The translations under genes were made by a program, and so were the position numbers. Below are positions 1 through 13,137 of a stretch of 64,000 nt of DNA, piece by piece (positions within the stretch are counted from its first letter, which is position 1; the number at the start of each line of letters is the position of its first letter). The stretch is from Paraphysomonas bandaiensis (taxonomy: Eukaryota; Protista; Chrysophyceae), in contig CBFFRP010000150.1 in NCBI GenBank assembly GCA_965644295.1, forward strand, positions 372,001 to 436,000, read 5' to 3'. The notes under the pieces were generated by a model that was not told where the DNA came from, made no database searches, and was given only the letters and a program-made list of their open reading frames with translations.

Positions 1-39
1 AAACTATCTATTATATGAGTGGTGCTATCTACTTTAAGT

Positions 40-150
40 TAGTAGGTATTAATGGCCATTATAATTGCCGGGACATTTTTTATTCATGCCATTATAATTG
101 CGGGAAGTGGGCTACCATTAATGGGCCATTAATGGTTATCAGGCCCCCTG
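40..150 (-). mobile_element. terminal remnant of a hAT-like DNA transposon (CCATTAATGG-rich subterminal repeats)
   Basis: Reverse strand begins CAGGGGGCCTGATAACCATTAATGG, similar to CAGGGCCTGGTATCCATTAATGG at 33541. ATAATTGC/CCATTAATGG motifs are reiterated. Confidence 0.4.
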
Positions 151-515
151 GGTAGATCTTAATCGACAACAGTGTTGTCATTAATAACCTCTTGTACATT
201 ACAATAAGAAACCAGGAGTATTGCTGCGGTCTTAAATGGTTGCAAATATGCACTGTAGTGGTGGGAGTCCGATGTCCAAACGTCCATTACTAGAACTAAT
301 GCTGGTGTGAGAATAACTTTAATCATATCACGTAGCTTCAGCTCCAATTGTTTTTAGTGCTTTCGCAGTTATCTTACCAAAAGTAGTAATCGTAATATAT
401 ATACGCACTCAATGATTTACTTACAAATTGTAATCAATCTAACTAATCATTTATTATCATTCGCCAAATTCAAGTTATCTCAACTTAGTTTTACGTTTGT
501 ACATCGTTTGACGAA

Positions 516-793
516 CTCATCGCAAGGCGTACAGTAGAAGGATACTGCTAGATCACACTCTGATTTGTGCGCTCACGCGCTTCCATATCTCTCTGCAACA
601 TTCGTTAACTAGGTTGGGGTCTGCAAATATCAAAACCCTTCGACGCGATAATTACTTTACGTGTATGCGTTTCGTAATCATACACTGGTACAGAGGTAGT
701 CCGGTTCTTCTTTAGGTCTATAAGACGTTGCACCAGTATATCCGTATCAAGAGCATCAGGATGGTCAAAATTTGGTTGTCTCGTTCCACCATT
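516..793 (-). pseudogene. degenerate partial duplicate of the adjacent uridine kinase gene
   Basis: Co-linear, high-identity match to about 1286-1645 (e.g. GCACCAGTATATCCGTATCAAGAGCATCAGGATGGTCAAA), with two internal deletions and point changes. Confidence 0.9.
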
Positions 794-1095
794 ACATTGG
801 TACGCAGCCCAGTTATGTTAAGGTCCCCACCAAGTTGTTAGGGTTAGGAGCATGAGCTGCTGTTGTCATCTAGTACTTGATCACTAAATAATATACTATC
901 TACTATTATCGCTTGTTATAAAAATACGTATTCAGTATCAACATCTATAAAATAGATATTGATAACGGGTTGTAGTAATAAGTAACATATTTCATTTACT
1001 TACAGCACAACAGTGAGAGAAGCAGAATTGATACATCGCACGTGTGAAGCACCCTTGAGAGCCATTCTAGAGCTACTTCGCAAGCTACGCCATAT

Positions 1096-1864
1096 CTAAG
1101 AGATGTGCATACATGATTTAGACTGCCCTTGATTTCTATTTATACACTCAGTACACACTGCATGAACACTATTACCATGCATTAATGCGGTCTTTAATTT
1201 AAGTGCGATGAGGTCCAAAGCAACTGCATTATTCCCAGACGGTATAATTATATCAGCATGTTTCTTGGAGGGCTCAACGTACAGCTCATGCATAGGGCGT
1301 ACAGTAGAAAGATACTGCTCGATAACACTCTGAGTTGTGCGCTCACGCTCTTCAATATCTCTCTGCAACCTTCGGATGAATCGTATGTCAGAGTCTGTAT
1401 CGACGAAAAGTTTAATATCAAATTCGTTAACTAGGTTGGGGTCTGCAAATATCAAAACTCCTTCGACAATAATTACTTTACGCGGATACGCAATGACAGG
1501 ATTCGGTAATCGTGTATGAGTTTTGTAATCATACACGGGTACAGAGGTAGTTTGGTTCTTCTTTAGGTCTATAAGATTTTGCACCAGTATATCCGTATCA
1601 AGAGCATCAGGATGGTCAAAGTTTCGGTTGTCTCGCTCCACCATTGTCAAGTGAGACAAGTCCTTGTAGTAACTGTCATGGCATATGAAAGTAATATCGT
1701 CCGCACCCACAGTCTCAAGAATTGCACGAGTGAGAGTAGTTTTACCACTTCCACCTACACATGTGATTTAAAGCACTTCATTATAGAGATGCTTTCAACT
1801 TACTTCCACCAGCGACACCAACAATTACAGGTCGATGTTCCTCATGAAGGCCTTCCATCTCCAT
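1096..1864 (-). CDS. udk: uridine/cytidine kinase (2 exons; intron about 1757-1803)
   Basis: Exon 1 MEMEGLHEEHRPVIVGVAGG joins to GSGKTT (P-loop). Also HDSYYK, NFDHPDALD, IIVEGVLIF, RFIRRLQRDI and VRPMHELYVEPSKKHADIIIP. Confidence 0.95.
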
Positions 1865-2117
1865 ATAAATAGATGGACACGAACACTTATTAATAGAAAG
1901 TGTTCTGCTTTAAGATAATAGTGTATGACTATGTGAGAAGAACAATATATCAGTGTCTCTTGAGTGTTATACTGATAACTTTGTAATGAAACACCACCTC
2001 ATATGAACTCAATGGATTGAATGCAATCATCTGAGTGTGTTCCTGTAGATGTATGTATATGTGTGGCTTGTTACTGTACATATGATTGGCTGAGAGATCT
2101 CTACCAGATGTTGCTTA

Positions 2118-5100
2118 CAGCCGTTCTTAACAAAAAAAACCTACCAAAAAACCTCGGAAAAATCCTACCTTTTACAAAACCTACCCATAGGAGGTTTTCA
2201 AAACCTACCCAAAAATAGCAGGATTTTAGGAAAAAACAGCCTAATATTAAGGTGAGGGTGGGAAGAAGAGATTTCCCAAAATCCTGAAATCAGATAATAT
2301 TAGACAAAAATATCGTGAGACTCCTCTGTAGAAAACAACCATTGAATAATGGCAGGATTTTAGGAAATATGTGCTGTCTCGTTGGTTATGTATGGTAGTG
2401 GGGTGACTGTATAGTACGTATAGTGGTATGGTATACACTGTCATGGAAGAGTGGAATCATATCATCACACTAACGGCCCAATTGCTACATATCACTGACA
2501 AGAAGACAGAGAACAGCGATCGGAAGCGCTCAGGAGGTAGTCTCAAAGCGTCTATGCACCAAGACAGATAGATATGACGGCGGCATGATGAAACTATTCC
2601 CTGAATGATGGATACGATACATACATGAAGATCCACCAGTATCCCCTTCATTGTACCACTCTCATACTGGAGAGTTTCCGAATGATACTTTGATTGAAGT
2701 TTTTGGTCATATGAATTGGTAACGGAGGTGACTACATTCTGGATGAAGAAATTTTTCTACAACTCAGTAAGCAATATCCGGTAAAATAGAGGCAGTCCAT
2801 CGGCAGATCATATGACGGTTTATGCAATAGTTTAGATGGCAGTGCACGCAACAGTTTGTCAGCATTTCGTATGACAGTTCATATGAGAGTGCATGCAGCA
2901 GTTCAGATGACAGTGCACGCTGTTAATCCTTAATCGGCATTTCGTATGACAGTGCATGCAACAATCATTCAGATGACATTTATACCACGGTTCATATGAA
3001 AGTGTATGAAACAGTTTAGATGACAGTGCGTCACGTGTACTACTTTTTAAAAGACAATTAAAAGGTAAAAGTAATGGTATAGTTCGGCAGTTCAAGTAAA
3101 TTATTACTATATGGAGCGTAAGGGCTCAATTGTTACATATCAGACAAAAAACCAAATATATTAACACGTAACTAATAACTATATTACACATGGGGTAATA
3201 GAGATTTCCCACCACAGACAACTAAACACGCGTATTACACTTCTACTCCCAGCATATCCGAAGCTTGTTGCCAAGAAAAAGTCTGGGATGTTTCGTCATC
3301 CTACATCAATTACATATCACCCAGTGTCTTCTTGCTGGCAATATATTATACCATATTTATCACATATAAATGGTATAGTATGTAATACATAGTGTAATAC
3401 ATTACTATATTATAATACATACATCATGCCACAACTAATACGCACCTCTTTTCGTAGTTCATGGAGCGGAAAGTCTGTGAGTACTCCCCAGTTGTGAGTC
3501 GTGATGATATTATCTGTATCACAGCCTATAAGTTAGTGATGCAAAATACTTACATGCATACATACATATATATTATACATACATTATTTAACTGGTGATA
3601 TACATTCTATAAGGCTTAACATATAGGACTAATCACACAAAAGAAGCTATATAAGATCATCATACAATTCAATGATACATACATTGCATGTCTTCTGTGG
3701 ATGACTTCAAGTGGGGTGACTTCTTCGATAATTCCTCTCCACAATATATCCACAGCTGAAATATCATACTTGTAATATCTAAATATGACACCCTCAGTCG
3801 TATTCATCGTCCTGTACATACAGACTGATGTTAATCCTGTGAGATATTTAATGGAACACATACATATATATATACATACATATAGTGCGTACATCCCCTA
3901 CCCCATATATATATTATACATAGCCATACTGGTAGCTGTAGTGGCTTAAGTTCTGTATTCACCTTATTCCGCCATCCTATGTGTCGTACCACACACATAA
4001 AGAGGGCAATGAGGGCGCTTTTAGCCTTTCTGTGTGTACCTCTCTATAGGTCTTGTATTGTTGTCTCTGAGATCATAGGGAGGAACAACTCGCCTTGGAT
4101 ATGATCCATACACACAACGCCGTCGAAACACGTCTACGGAAGAGCTGAGATCATTGTTTTACTGATGCTATAGACCTCCTATTCATGCGTGTAATCTCAT
4201 AGTAATGTCATGTATGTATCAAACCATATCAACAGCTAGAATACATACCGCTGTATTATGTAATACATACCATTATACATGTATAACCTCATTCACTGTA
4301 TTATGTAATACATGTATTGACTATACATTTCCCAAAATCCTGCCTTTCTAAAATGGGGGGGTGAGGTTTTGAACGACCATCCGGGTGGTCCTTCAAAACC
4401 TCGGGTCCAAAACCTATGGTCTGGTCGATGTACCATATGAATCGATATTATATAACAAATAGAGCACACTAAACACATATTATAACTGGTTTAGCCCTTG
4501 ACCATGGATGTGCTAATGAAGGACGTTGACAGTGATTGTGGTGAAGAAGTGTCTGGTATGGAAGATCCATATTATGGGCTGGACACTGACGAAGGAGTGC
4601 GTTAAATTTGAGCAAACCTTTTCTATTACTATATGCCACCTGTACTATGGGGAATAGTATATACTGAATCGCAATGAACTCAGGATCGCTCTGTTGGCGA
4701 TCCTCTGTCGACGATACAAACTGATCTTTAACAACTTATCCCAGATTATACCGAAGATTCATCATGAGTTAACTATGATGAAAGAGGAAATCTACTCCCA
4801 GCAGCATGATATATATATATGGCACATTATCTTCTGAGATTTGTTGGAGAGGACCGAAAAAGTAACACTTATAATTTAGTCCTTCTATATCCTTCCTTTG
4901 AAAGAGTAATCAACAGTGTAGAACACTGAAAATGATGATAATAACAATTATTATTGACTTCCAAAATATTAGACACCAGTCAAGAGTTCTTTGGCTGCCT
5001 TATGTTGAATGTTGACCAACACAGATATGTCCCCTGGGGCACGTTGCAATAGGTGTGACTGTATACATATCCCTCGTCACTTATTGCATTTGTTTATCAA

Positions 5101-5991
5101 AAGTGTCACTTTCATTACCATGTATTCGCCACGCTATCAACAATTGAATTCACTACCGTTATATATCGTTAAGTATTTTAATAATGGCAAAGTCTATATC
5201 AAAGTCATCACATCAGTCGTTAACATTTCCAACTGTGAGTGTTCGCAACATCCTAGCTATCATATTTTACACTACTGTCATTAAAATTTACTGATGGGGG
5301 TGGAGCTGAAGGTAGTGAATACTATATACTACGAACTACGAATAGTTTTCATGGCTAACAGTTTATCTCATGGCTATACTTTGATGCTCTCATTGACGCA
5401 GCTAGATGGAACTGCTTTCCGAACTCCCACTCCGCAAGATCTATCTCGTATTCCGTAATTCCTTGCTCGTTTTCTCGCGCAGAAATTGTTGCCTGTATTC
5501 CTTCAACGCTCGTCTACGTTTCTATGTAGATATTCACTCCTGAGATTCATCTCACCATGGAAAACTGAGCCGAATTACCAACAGCAATGAACAGTCTCTC
5601 TTCGAAACGCTTCTTAGGTCACAACTTCACTCAAGTCTGATATGTCAATGATGAAGCCTCGACCTTCAATTGTTCCAAGAGTTGGTGACTCGATATCATC
5701 AATATCTGCTTCCTATTGAGGGTCAACAAACCCGCCCATGTCATTGGAAACTGAAGAAGTGTCCATTGTTAACCTTATATTATCGAATAATAATGATTTA
5801 TCGAGTAATTCTATAGTACACTGTTTAAATATTCAAACCTGGTGGACGAATGCAGAGGTTTTCGAAATCCTCTGGTTTATGGGGAGGATTTTTTTGTTAG
5901 TACGGCGCAAAACGAAAACCCAAAACCTCACCACCGAGGTTTTGAAAAAGGTAGGATTTGTGGGTAGGTTTTTTTTTGTTAAGAACGCGTG
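2118..5991. mobile_element. degenerate TIR DNA transposon, about 3.9 kb
   Basis: CGTTCTTAACAAAAAAAACCTACC (2122) is the inverse of GGTAGGTTTTTTTTTGTTAAGAACG (about 5963-5987). The subterminal motif AAATCCTACCTTTT.CAAAACCT is also mirrored. The interior has no intact ORF. Confidence 0.65.
2810..3035. repeat. degenerate minisatellite (ATGACAGTGCA.GC / CAGTTCA.ATGA units)
   Basis: Repeated CAGTTTAGATGACAGTGC-like and GCATTTCGTATGACAGT units are visible. Confidence 0.6.
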
Positions 5992-6029
5992 TTATGTATA
6001 TACTCGTATCTCGTACTATACCATACAGT

Positions 6030-6181
6030 GGGGGTGGTTGTGCATATCGATTTCATCGATTTGTTCATCGTTTATTTCATCGAAAAATCATCGTTTTTTC
6101 ATTAAAAAGTCACTTTTTTTCACTTTTCACTGAAAATAAACGATGAACAAATCGATGAAATCGATATGCACAACCACCCCC
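6030..6181. mobile_element. MITE with about 48-bp TIRs and 3-bp AGT target duplication (PIF/Harbinger Tourist-like)
   Basis: GGGGGTGGTTGTGCATATCGATTTCATCGATTTGTTCATCGTTTATTT and its exact inverse ending CAACCACCCCC. AGT flanks both sides. Confidence 0.8.
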
Positions 6182-7377
6182 AGTATGCATAGTATGCATG
6201 CATCTACTCTGTATGCTGCTGGTATACCAACCTCACAGCAAAAATATATATCAGGACAAAAAAATACCCGGACAAAATGGTAAAGTAGAGGTTTATAGTA
6301 TAGTAAAAGTATGAAAATTGTTGTTTCTAAGTACAAAATTGTCACAGTTTGTCCTCTTTACTAGATAGCTGCTCCCGCTTCTTGTAACTGGAAAGAGAAC
6401 TCTGTTACCTTCATGCAATGAATATATTGGGTACGAATGAATGAAGGTGATGTCACGTGCCATGAGGGAGTATCATTACCCTTCTCATCGACCACACAAG
6501 TCACTCGTGCTGATTGCAGATACATCTGATCGTTAACAGCAGAGTAGGTGCAGGAAGGGGCGATTATCGCCCTGTGCTCCCGTTAAAGACACCAACGTAT
6601 TATATATCTATATGTGTACCACATATTTGTATATGAGTTCGTCATACAATATTCGTTCTCACACTGATAAGTTCAAGTAAGTTCAAGCGACGAGCCAACT
6701 CGCAATCCTGTTTCGTCACTCTACATTCTACTATATTAAGTTTCTAGAGAACAGAACAAGGCAGAGAATATGGGTCAGCAGTCGATATCTTGGACGCTCT
6801 ACGTGCAGAGTCATGAGCACTTACTGAGATCCTGTAATAATAGTCTTTTTTACTTAGAGGCGAGGAGTTAGTATTTTCATGATTTCAACTAAAATATGCT
6901 CACGTAGTCAATTGCACGCTCTACTTAAGCAAATGTGATGACAATGAAACGCAAAAATAAATGTTCTACTTTATTGATACTAAATTGATGTCAGCAGAAT
7001 AAGTAGTGTCTCATTTGAAAAGAAAAGAATTCTGTAATCATAAGTTCGCAACGTAATAATGAAGGAATATGCTATATTTGTGGACATTAGCTTCTCGAAG
7101 TACGAAATTGTATAATTGAAAGAAGAATATTGCTTATTCCGTTTTCAGGAAATGCTATCTCTACCTCACCACAGGTGAATAACCCTGAATGTGATACCTT
7201 GCGTACATTTACACATGTACGAATAAGGACATAGTGATAGCTGTTATCGTATTTACACTATATAGATATGCATAGCTATACTATACGGGGTAGAATATGT
7301 ATATTCTAGAAACACAAACCAACACATAAACACAAATTAGTGTACTTTGACTGCACAGCAAGTAGTAAGTACAAGTA

Positions 7378-8535
7378 CTATACTCTAAATACTGCGACAC
7401 GTATAATTGCCACCACCCCAAGCGCAATCATTCCCAATTTGGCGTTCCTAATTGCCAAGTTACGATTCTCATCTAAACTTGAAACAGATGGATGTGGGGT
7501 AGTTGATATCAGTATGTTACCATTAACACTATCTGCTGATAGTGTTGTACTGTCTTCGTCGGAGGTTTTGCTCAGCCAATCCTGCAGTCGCTTCATGGCA
7601 CTCTTGGCACCCTTTGTCAGTGGAACTTGATCACGTATAGATCCCCACAACTGGGAACTCTGCGTCGCATTGCTGCTAGAGAGCATATTCTTGAATTCTT
7701 CAAAAGAAACTTTACCATCAGTGATAGAGGTGCTGGCATCTGCATCAGATATCATCTGATCAATATCTTCAAGTGATATGGCAATGCCTCGCGAGGCAAA
7801 TGCGTGTTGCAATTCCTTTGCGTCCAGATATTGATTCTGCACATATACGTCATCGATTATAATCTGTAGTTACACATCACTAACATTGTCTAGGTCAATT
7901 TCTCGAAATAAGGACATCAGTCTGGAATCTTCACCACTTCTCTCTTTGGATGCCACGCCAGATATATAGAGTTGCCAGAAGTATGACATGCATGCCATAT
8001 ACGTCGGTTGTAATGTGTAGGGTAAAAAAGCAAACCCAAAAAAATTAATAAAAGGCCACAAAGAGCAATCCATTATCCATGTCGTCAAAAATGTGTCCTT
8101 TATTTCTGTCAGTGCTTGTGATAAGCTTCCAACCTCATTATATGCACATAACGCAAGAAACAAGAAGTCTTGCTGGGTTGCGAAGAATATCTGATCCAAA
8201 AGACATTTGGAAAGTACAACTGCAGTATTGCCACTACTTCCTATATAATTATTAAGCACTTTGTACCTACAGGTTGTATGTTACGTAACAGCTCCTACAT
8301 ATATCCATACCCACCATGTCAACATTACAGCTCCATTTTCAACAGATCCCAACACTCCAATCTTAGAGATTTGCATCCAGTCATCTCTATCAAGTGCCCT
8401 CCATCCCTTATCTTGTATCTTGGTGGTCACTTCTCCAGCAACATAGACCGTACACCCGGCAATAGTGTTCATTAAGAGCGGACGACTCTCATACAGCGCG
8501 AACAATTGCTGTCGAAATCTACGCAATCTCTCCAT
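7378..8535 (-). CDS. Mpv17/PMP22 family membrane protein with C-terminal EF-hand pair (3 exons)
   Basis: Mpv17 features: RPLLMNTIAG, KCLLDQIFFA, LWPFINFFGFAFLP, YFWQLYIS. EF loops: DLDN/NQYLDAKEL and DGKVSFEEF. GT-AG introns at about 8268-8312 and about 7839-7885. Confidence 0.8.
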
Positions 8536-8967
8536 TTCATATACTGCGGTTTAACGCCACTATGACAGAATACTTCCTATTTAATAAATCAGTATAATGA
8601 AGACGTCTTTGATCTTAATAAACATACACGAACACAAGCATCTGCCTGCCTGTCCTGTGCGTGTATCTATCTGCTCATAGATATATGCTATACGCACTGT
8701 AGCTGTAGTACGTAGCCTATGCTGGTATTCCTGCTACATACAGTAATTCCTACAGCAGACTACAGTGCAGTGGAGGTGTGTGTAGAGTATACTGATATAG
8801 AGGTACGTGTAGTTGTCTACTCGTCTATGTATAGATAGATAAGTATACCGATACACACGACTGTGTATGTATAGATGGATAGTTTCATTACACTTGAATG
8901 TTAATAAGGAATCAGAAAGAACACAATCACCTTAAAGTAGCTGAACAAAATATCAACCAACAATAGA

Positions 8968-10181
8968 ATGACACAAAAAATTAGTTTACATGAAGCACTT
9001 GATAAAGTAGCAGCTAGATTTATCTATAATCTCCCTGAATCTGAGCTCACTCGTATTGAGCGTCTATTTTTTCATATAGAACAGGCGCATTGGTTCTATG
9101 AGGTATGAATAAGGGGTGTATATGATGTTGTGATGATCGTCTATAGGATTTTATTGCAGATAATTATTCTTATTTGCCGAAATTTCAATTAAAGAATTTT
9201 GCAGAGACGTTATTTAATCATTGTGTTGTTCTTCAACCTCTGAAAGATCAATGTCATGTTCTGTTTGATGACTTTTGTTCTTATCGTTATCAAATACCTG
9301 TTTGTGGCTGTATAATGTTAAATGAAGATATGACCCATATGGTGCTAGTGCGGAACTGGAAGGGGAGCTCTTGGTCTTTCCCTAAAGGCAAAATAAATCA
9401 GGGTGAAAAACCCTTCGAATGTGCTCTTCGTGAGACCTACGAAGAGACAGGGTTCAACCCCGCAGAGTACTGCACAGTTAATGATTTTGTAGATTTGCAC
9501 GAGGAGAAAAGAATGACTCGTCTATTCATAGCGGTGGGAATACCCATGGATACACAGTTTGCTGCTCAGACGCGGAAGGAGATTTCAAAGATCGAGTTCC
9601 AGCCCCTCAAACATCTTCCTAAAGGTGTATGGGGAGTACATCCCTTTATGCCCAAGCTACAGCGGTGGATAAAGGCACGGAAAAGGTCGAAACCGTCGTC
9701 CAATGTCCCGGAGGTAAAAGACAAACGTGATCGCGGGAAGGCTTCCACTCCTGCTCGGTTTGACATGAGGAACGATGATACATTCGGAGGCGGTGTGGAC
9801 ACCGGCTACGCTGACAAAGGCTGGTCTGTAGATGACATGTTTGCGGCCAACTCGATGCTCACGGGGAAGTCCTATACATATGATGGGAACCCCCACAATT
9901 TTGGTTCTACCCACCCACAGTATGTAAACTACGAGGAAAGGGCCCAGCAAAAAGCAAAATCTGCATGTGGGAATTCTGTCCTACATGGAAATGTGGAAGA
10001 TATTTCTCACTTATATGTTCCTGCAAGTACTTCTAGCGTCAAGAAGGAGGAAAGCTCGGGTACAACAACCCTGGAGACGAGAAATAAGGAATATTTTCCG
10101 TGCGAGTTTCGATTTGAGGTGTCTAAGGTTATATCTGTCGTGGATAGTACTATGCATAAATGTTTGAAGGCTGCAAAGTAG
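8968..10181 (+). CDS. DCP2: mRNA-decapping enzyme subunit 2 (Box A + Nudix), intron about 9103-9147
   Basis: Exon 1 ARFIYNLPESELTRIERLFFHIEQAHWFYE. Exon 2 has IPVCGCIMLN and the Nudix box WSFPKGKINQGEKPFECALRETYEETG. Confidence 0.95.
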
Positions 10182-10588
10182 AATCTATATTTACTACGCT
10201 TTCTTGTACGTATATAGTTTATTTTTACGCACGCTCACCAGTTTTTGTAATATTTCGATGTGTATTATAAATTAACTGTGAATCCTTGAATTACGAAGTA
10301 GTTCCTATTTCTGAGTAAGTGTGGAGTGTATGTTGTACACTTACAGAGTTACAGAGTATTTATTGCGAGCTTAATCTTATTGTTAGAGACTACAACCGAA
10401 CACAAGAGAAAATATCCCATCAGACTAGTAGCTTGACAGTATATGAAAAGTTAGTGCATGATGTAGAAAAACGTTTTAGCAGCGATTAGCCACAAAAAGT
10501 TCACCTACGCGAAAGCTATATGACAACAGAACATAACAACAGTTTTCAAGCAGCAAGTAATACACCTGCTAAACAGAAATCCCATAAT

Positions 10589-11799
10589 TTAATCTATGTT
10601 CTCTATCGCCCCAGCAGCACTGTTTGAAGACAACACGATTGCACTGGATACTATTTGGACAACTTCTGATGATGCACTTCTACGCTCCGCCAATCTCTCC
10701 TGCGCCCACTTCCCAAGCTCAGCCGTGATGTTCTCCTCCGTAGAAGACAGCCTGTTTCAATTGAATTAGCATGCAAATAGAATATATAGAGTATAGCCAC
10801 ATACTTTTTGGACAAGGTCAGCAGGGCGCCGCAAGTAGCCAGTAGGCCATAAAGAGCCCGTGTGTTACTACGGGGATTCTTTATGTTGAGCGAGATAGAA
10901 TAATGCTTACGGGCTTTCACAAGATTGTCAACGCCCCCAGTGGTGTAGAGAGCATCTGCTAAGCGAATGTGTATCAATGCATCCATAGGAGCAAGAAGTA
11001 CGAGCTCTTCCAAACAGTAAACGGCAGCCTGTATATCATCAATCAACAATACATATGAGACAGTACGACACTGACCGCATAGTCACACAGAGTAATATGA
11101 ATGTCTGCGAGCTCCATCCAGCATGATCCATCCGCCTGATAGACTTTAAGTATCTCATGTAGACATTCCACTGCTCGCTTGTAGTCCCCTTGAGCCTTGA
11201 ATATCGCCACCTATACTCATAGCTATTATAATGTGACATCTTAAACATGATCCACACACACCTTACGCTTCAGAACCAGCAAATTCGTGGGAGTTTCTTT
11301 AAGTATCTCTTCGTACAAACCAAGTGCGGCGCTGTAATCTCCTGAAGTGCTAGGTTAGAACGTCTTGCGGTAATCTCTACTGTAGTACCTTGAAACTCTA
11401 AGCTCATAGCAATCAATCGCTTAACGCGACTACTATCAGGAAACTGTCGCATTAAAAGTTGTAAATACGAGTCTGCTAGCTTGAAATCCCCATGATCTAG
11501 TGCTGCGGTAAATATCGTTTCGTAGTAGCTGAATACTGTATGGAATGTAAGAGATGATAGATTACATATACGAGCACTGACATTCCCCACTACGGAAGCT
11601 TCCATATTTAATTAATTTAGGTCCATATGAAGCTATGATATCAGGTCTCCGTATCTGTGTGTCTAGTGATAATATATATCCACATACACAGCTAACAGAC
11701 CTTAGACTTGCGCAGAGCTTTAATGACCTTCTCAATTAATGATATGGCAGGATCTTTAATGGAATCAAAATTCTTTAATAGAGCAGTAATACTCTCCAT
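10589..11799 (-). CDS. EMC2: ER membrane protein complex subunit 2 (TPR), multi-exon
   Basis: YETIFTAALDHG...LMRQFPDSSRVKRL, AAVYCLEELVLLAP, RLADALYTTGG..NLVKARKHY and NTRALYGL match EMC2/TTC35. Confidence 0.88.
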
Positions 11800-13137
11800 G
11801 TTTTATATAATAGTATGATATGTTCAGGTGGTATTATGTTATAGTTGTGTTGAGACTGATGAGTTGAGTGCTTCACTGCCCTGCTGCTGTTCGAGGCTAC
11901 AGCAGGAAATACTGTACATGCGATGCCATCCATACTGCTGTATATATACATGCTACACACACTCATACATACAAAGTTTTTTTGGATTTCTTCATAAAAA
12001 AACACTCTGATATATACACAGTAGTTGGAGCAAATGCACGTGTATTTTATGTGCTGTACAGTGATGTCCACATGTACATAACGCTGTCTATATATCACTC
12101 TGCATATATATCTGCCTATCTCTGGATGTCAGGTCAAGATGACTGCATTATATATCTGTCTATTTTATTGGCTCTAATAATATAATCAATCGGCTATAAA
12201 CGTCGACACCTCATATAAGTTACAGTTGAGCTCAGTGTTTCAAAGATCTTATAAAGAAATATGGCCTTCTGAATGAGATTTACACACTAGGCTAAGAATA
12301 CCTTAAGCTAATAACTGCCCGATTATAAGGAAGATGTTATCTAGAATTTCATTGCAGGACATAGGCCAAAGCCAATCTAATCTAATACTCTATAGAATGG
12401 TTCTCGAGCTCAATGAAGTGTATGAATACGACACTTGATCTGTATGTGGTGTGAATGCTGATATGCGCATTGAAGACGATGAGCTTCGTAGAGCACCGGA
12501 AAAACTCTCATTGACAAAGTACTCCTGTGTCATGTTTGTCTAATTACTTTTTTACAGCAGACAGATGGTGAGTACTGATGCGATAAATACTAATCTGGTA
12601 CAGATCCTTACATTTGTAGTGGACTACGGTCCACAAGACCATCATATCAGCTTTTCTAATGAGAACAGTATAGACTAGTATAAATATCTAAGTGATCAGA
12701 TGTAGAATTAAAATATGTTGGGTATGTGATATGGTTCCTGAAATGATACTCTCAAATAGAATTTACACAAAGCTATCGAAGTTTCGTCGTTTTTGACTTC
12801 CCATGTGATCAATAATCTTCTTGGATACTTATCAAGCAATCCCTTCAGTCTTATTATGACGTATTGATATAATATTGACCGTCAAGACACCATTCGTATA
12901 TTAATTAATACTACCCCGTAATTATATATAATATATATACATAATACACCATGTGAAATGTGATACAGTATGAATACCAGAACTACCTAGTCCTTATAGG
13001 TTGTGAGTGTGCAAAAGTATACAATCTATCTAGACATGATTGCAGTCATTATAAAGCTTATTAAGCAATTGATCAACATATTGCACCTATGATCGTTAAT
13101 CATATACTATACACTTCGTATCTCTCTTTTGCATTAA

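Noticed and set aside
2810-3035. Possible CRISPR-like array
   Set aside because: Units are degenerate and irregular with no unique spacers. The context is eukaryotic with no cas genes.
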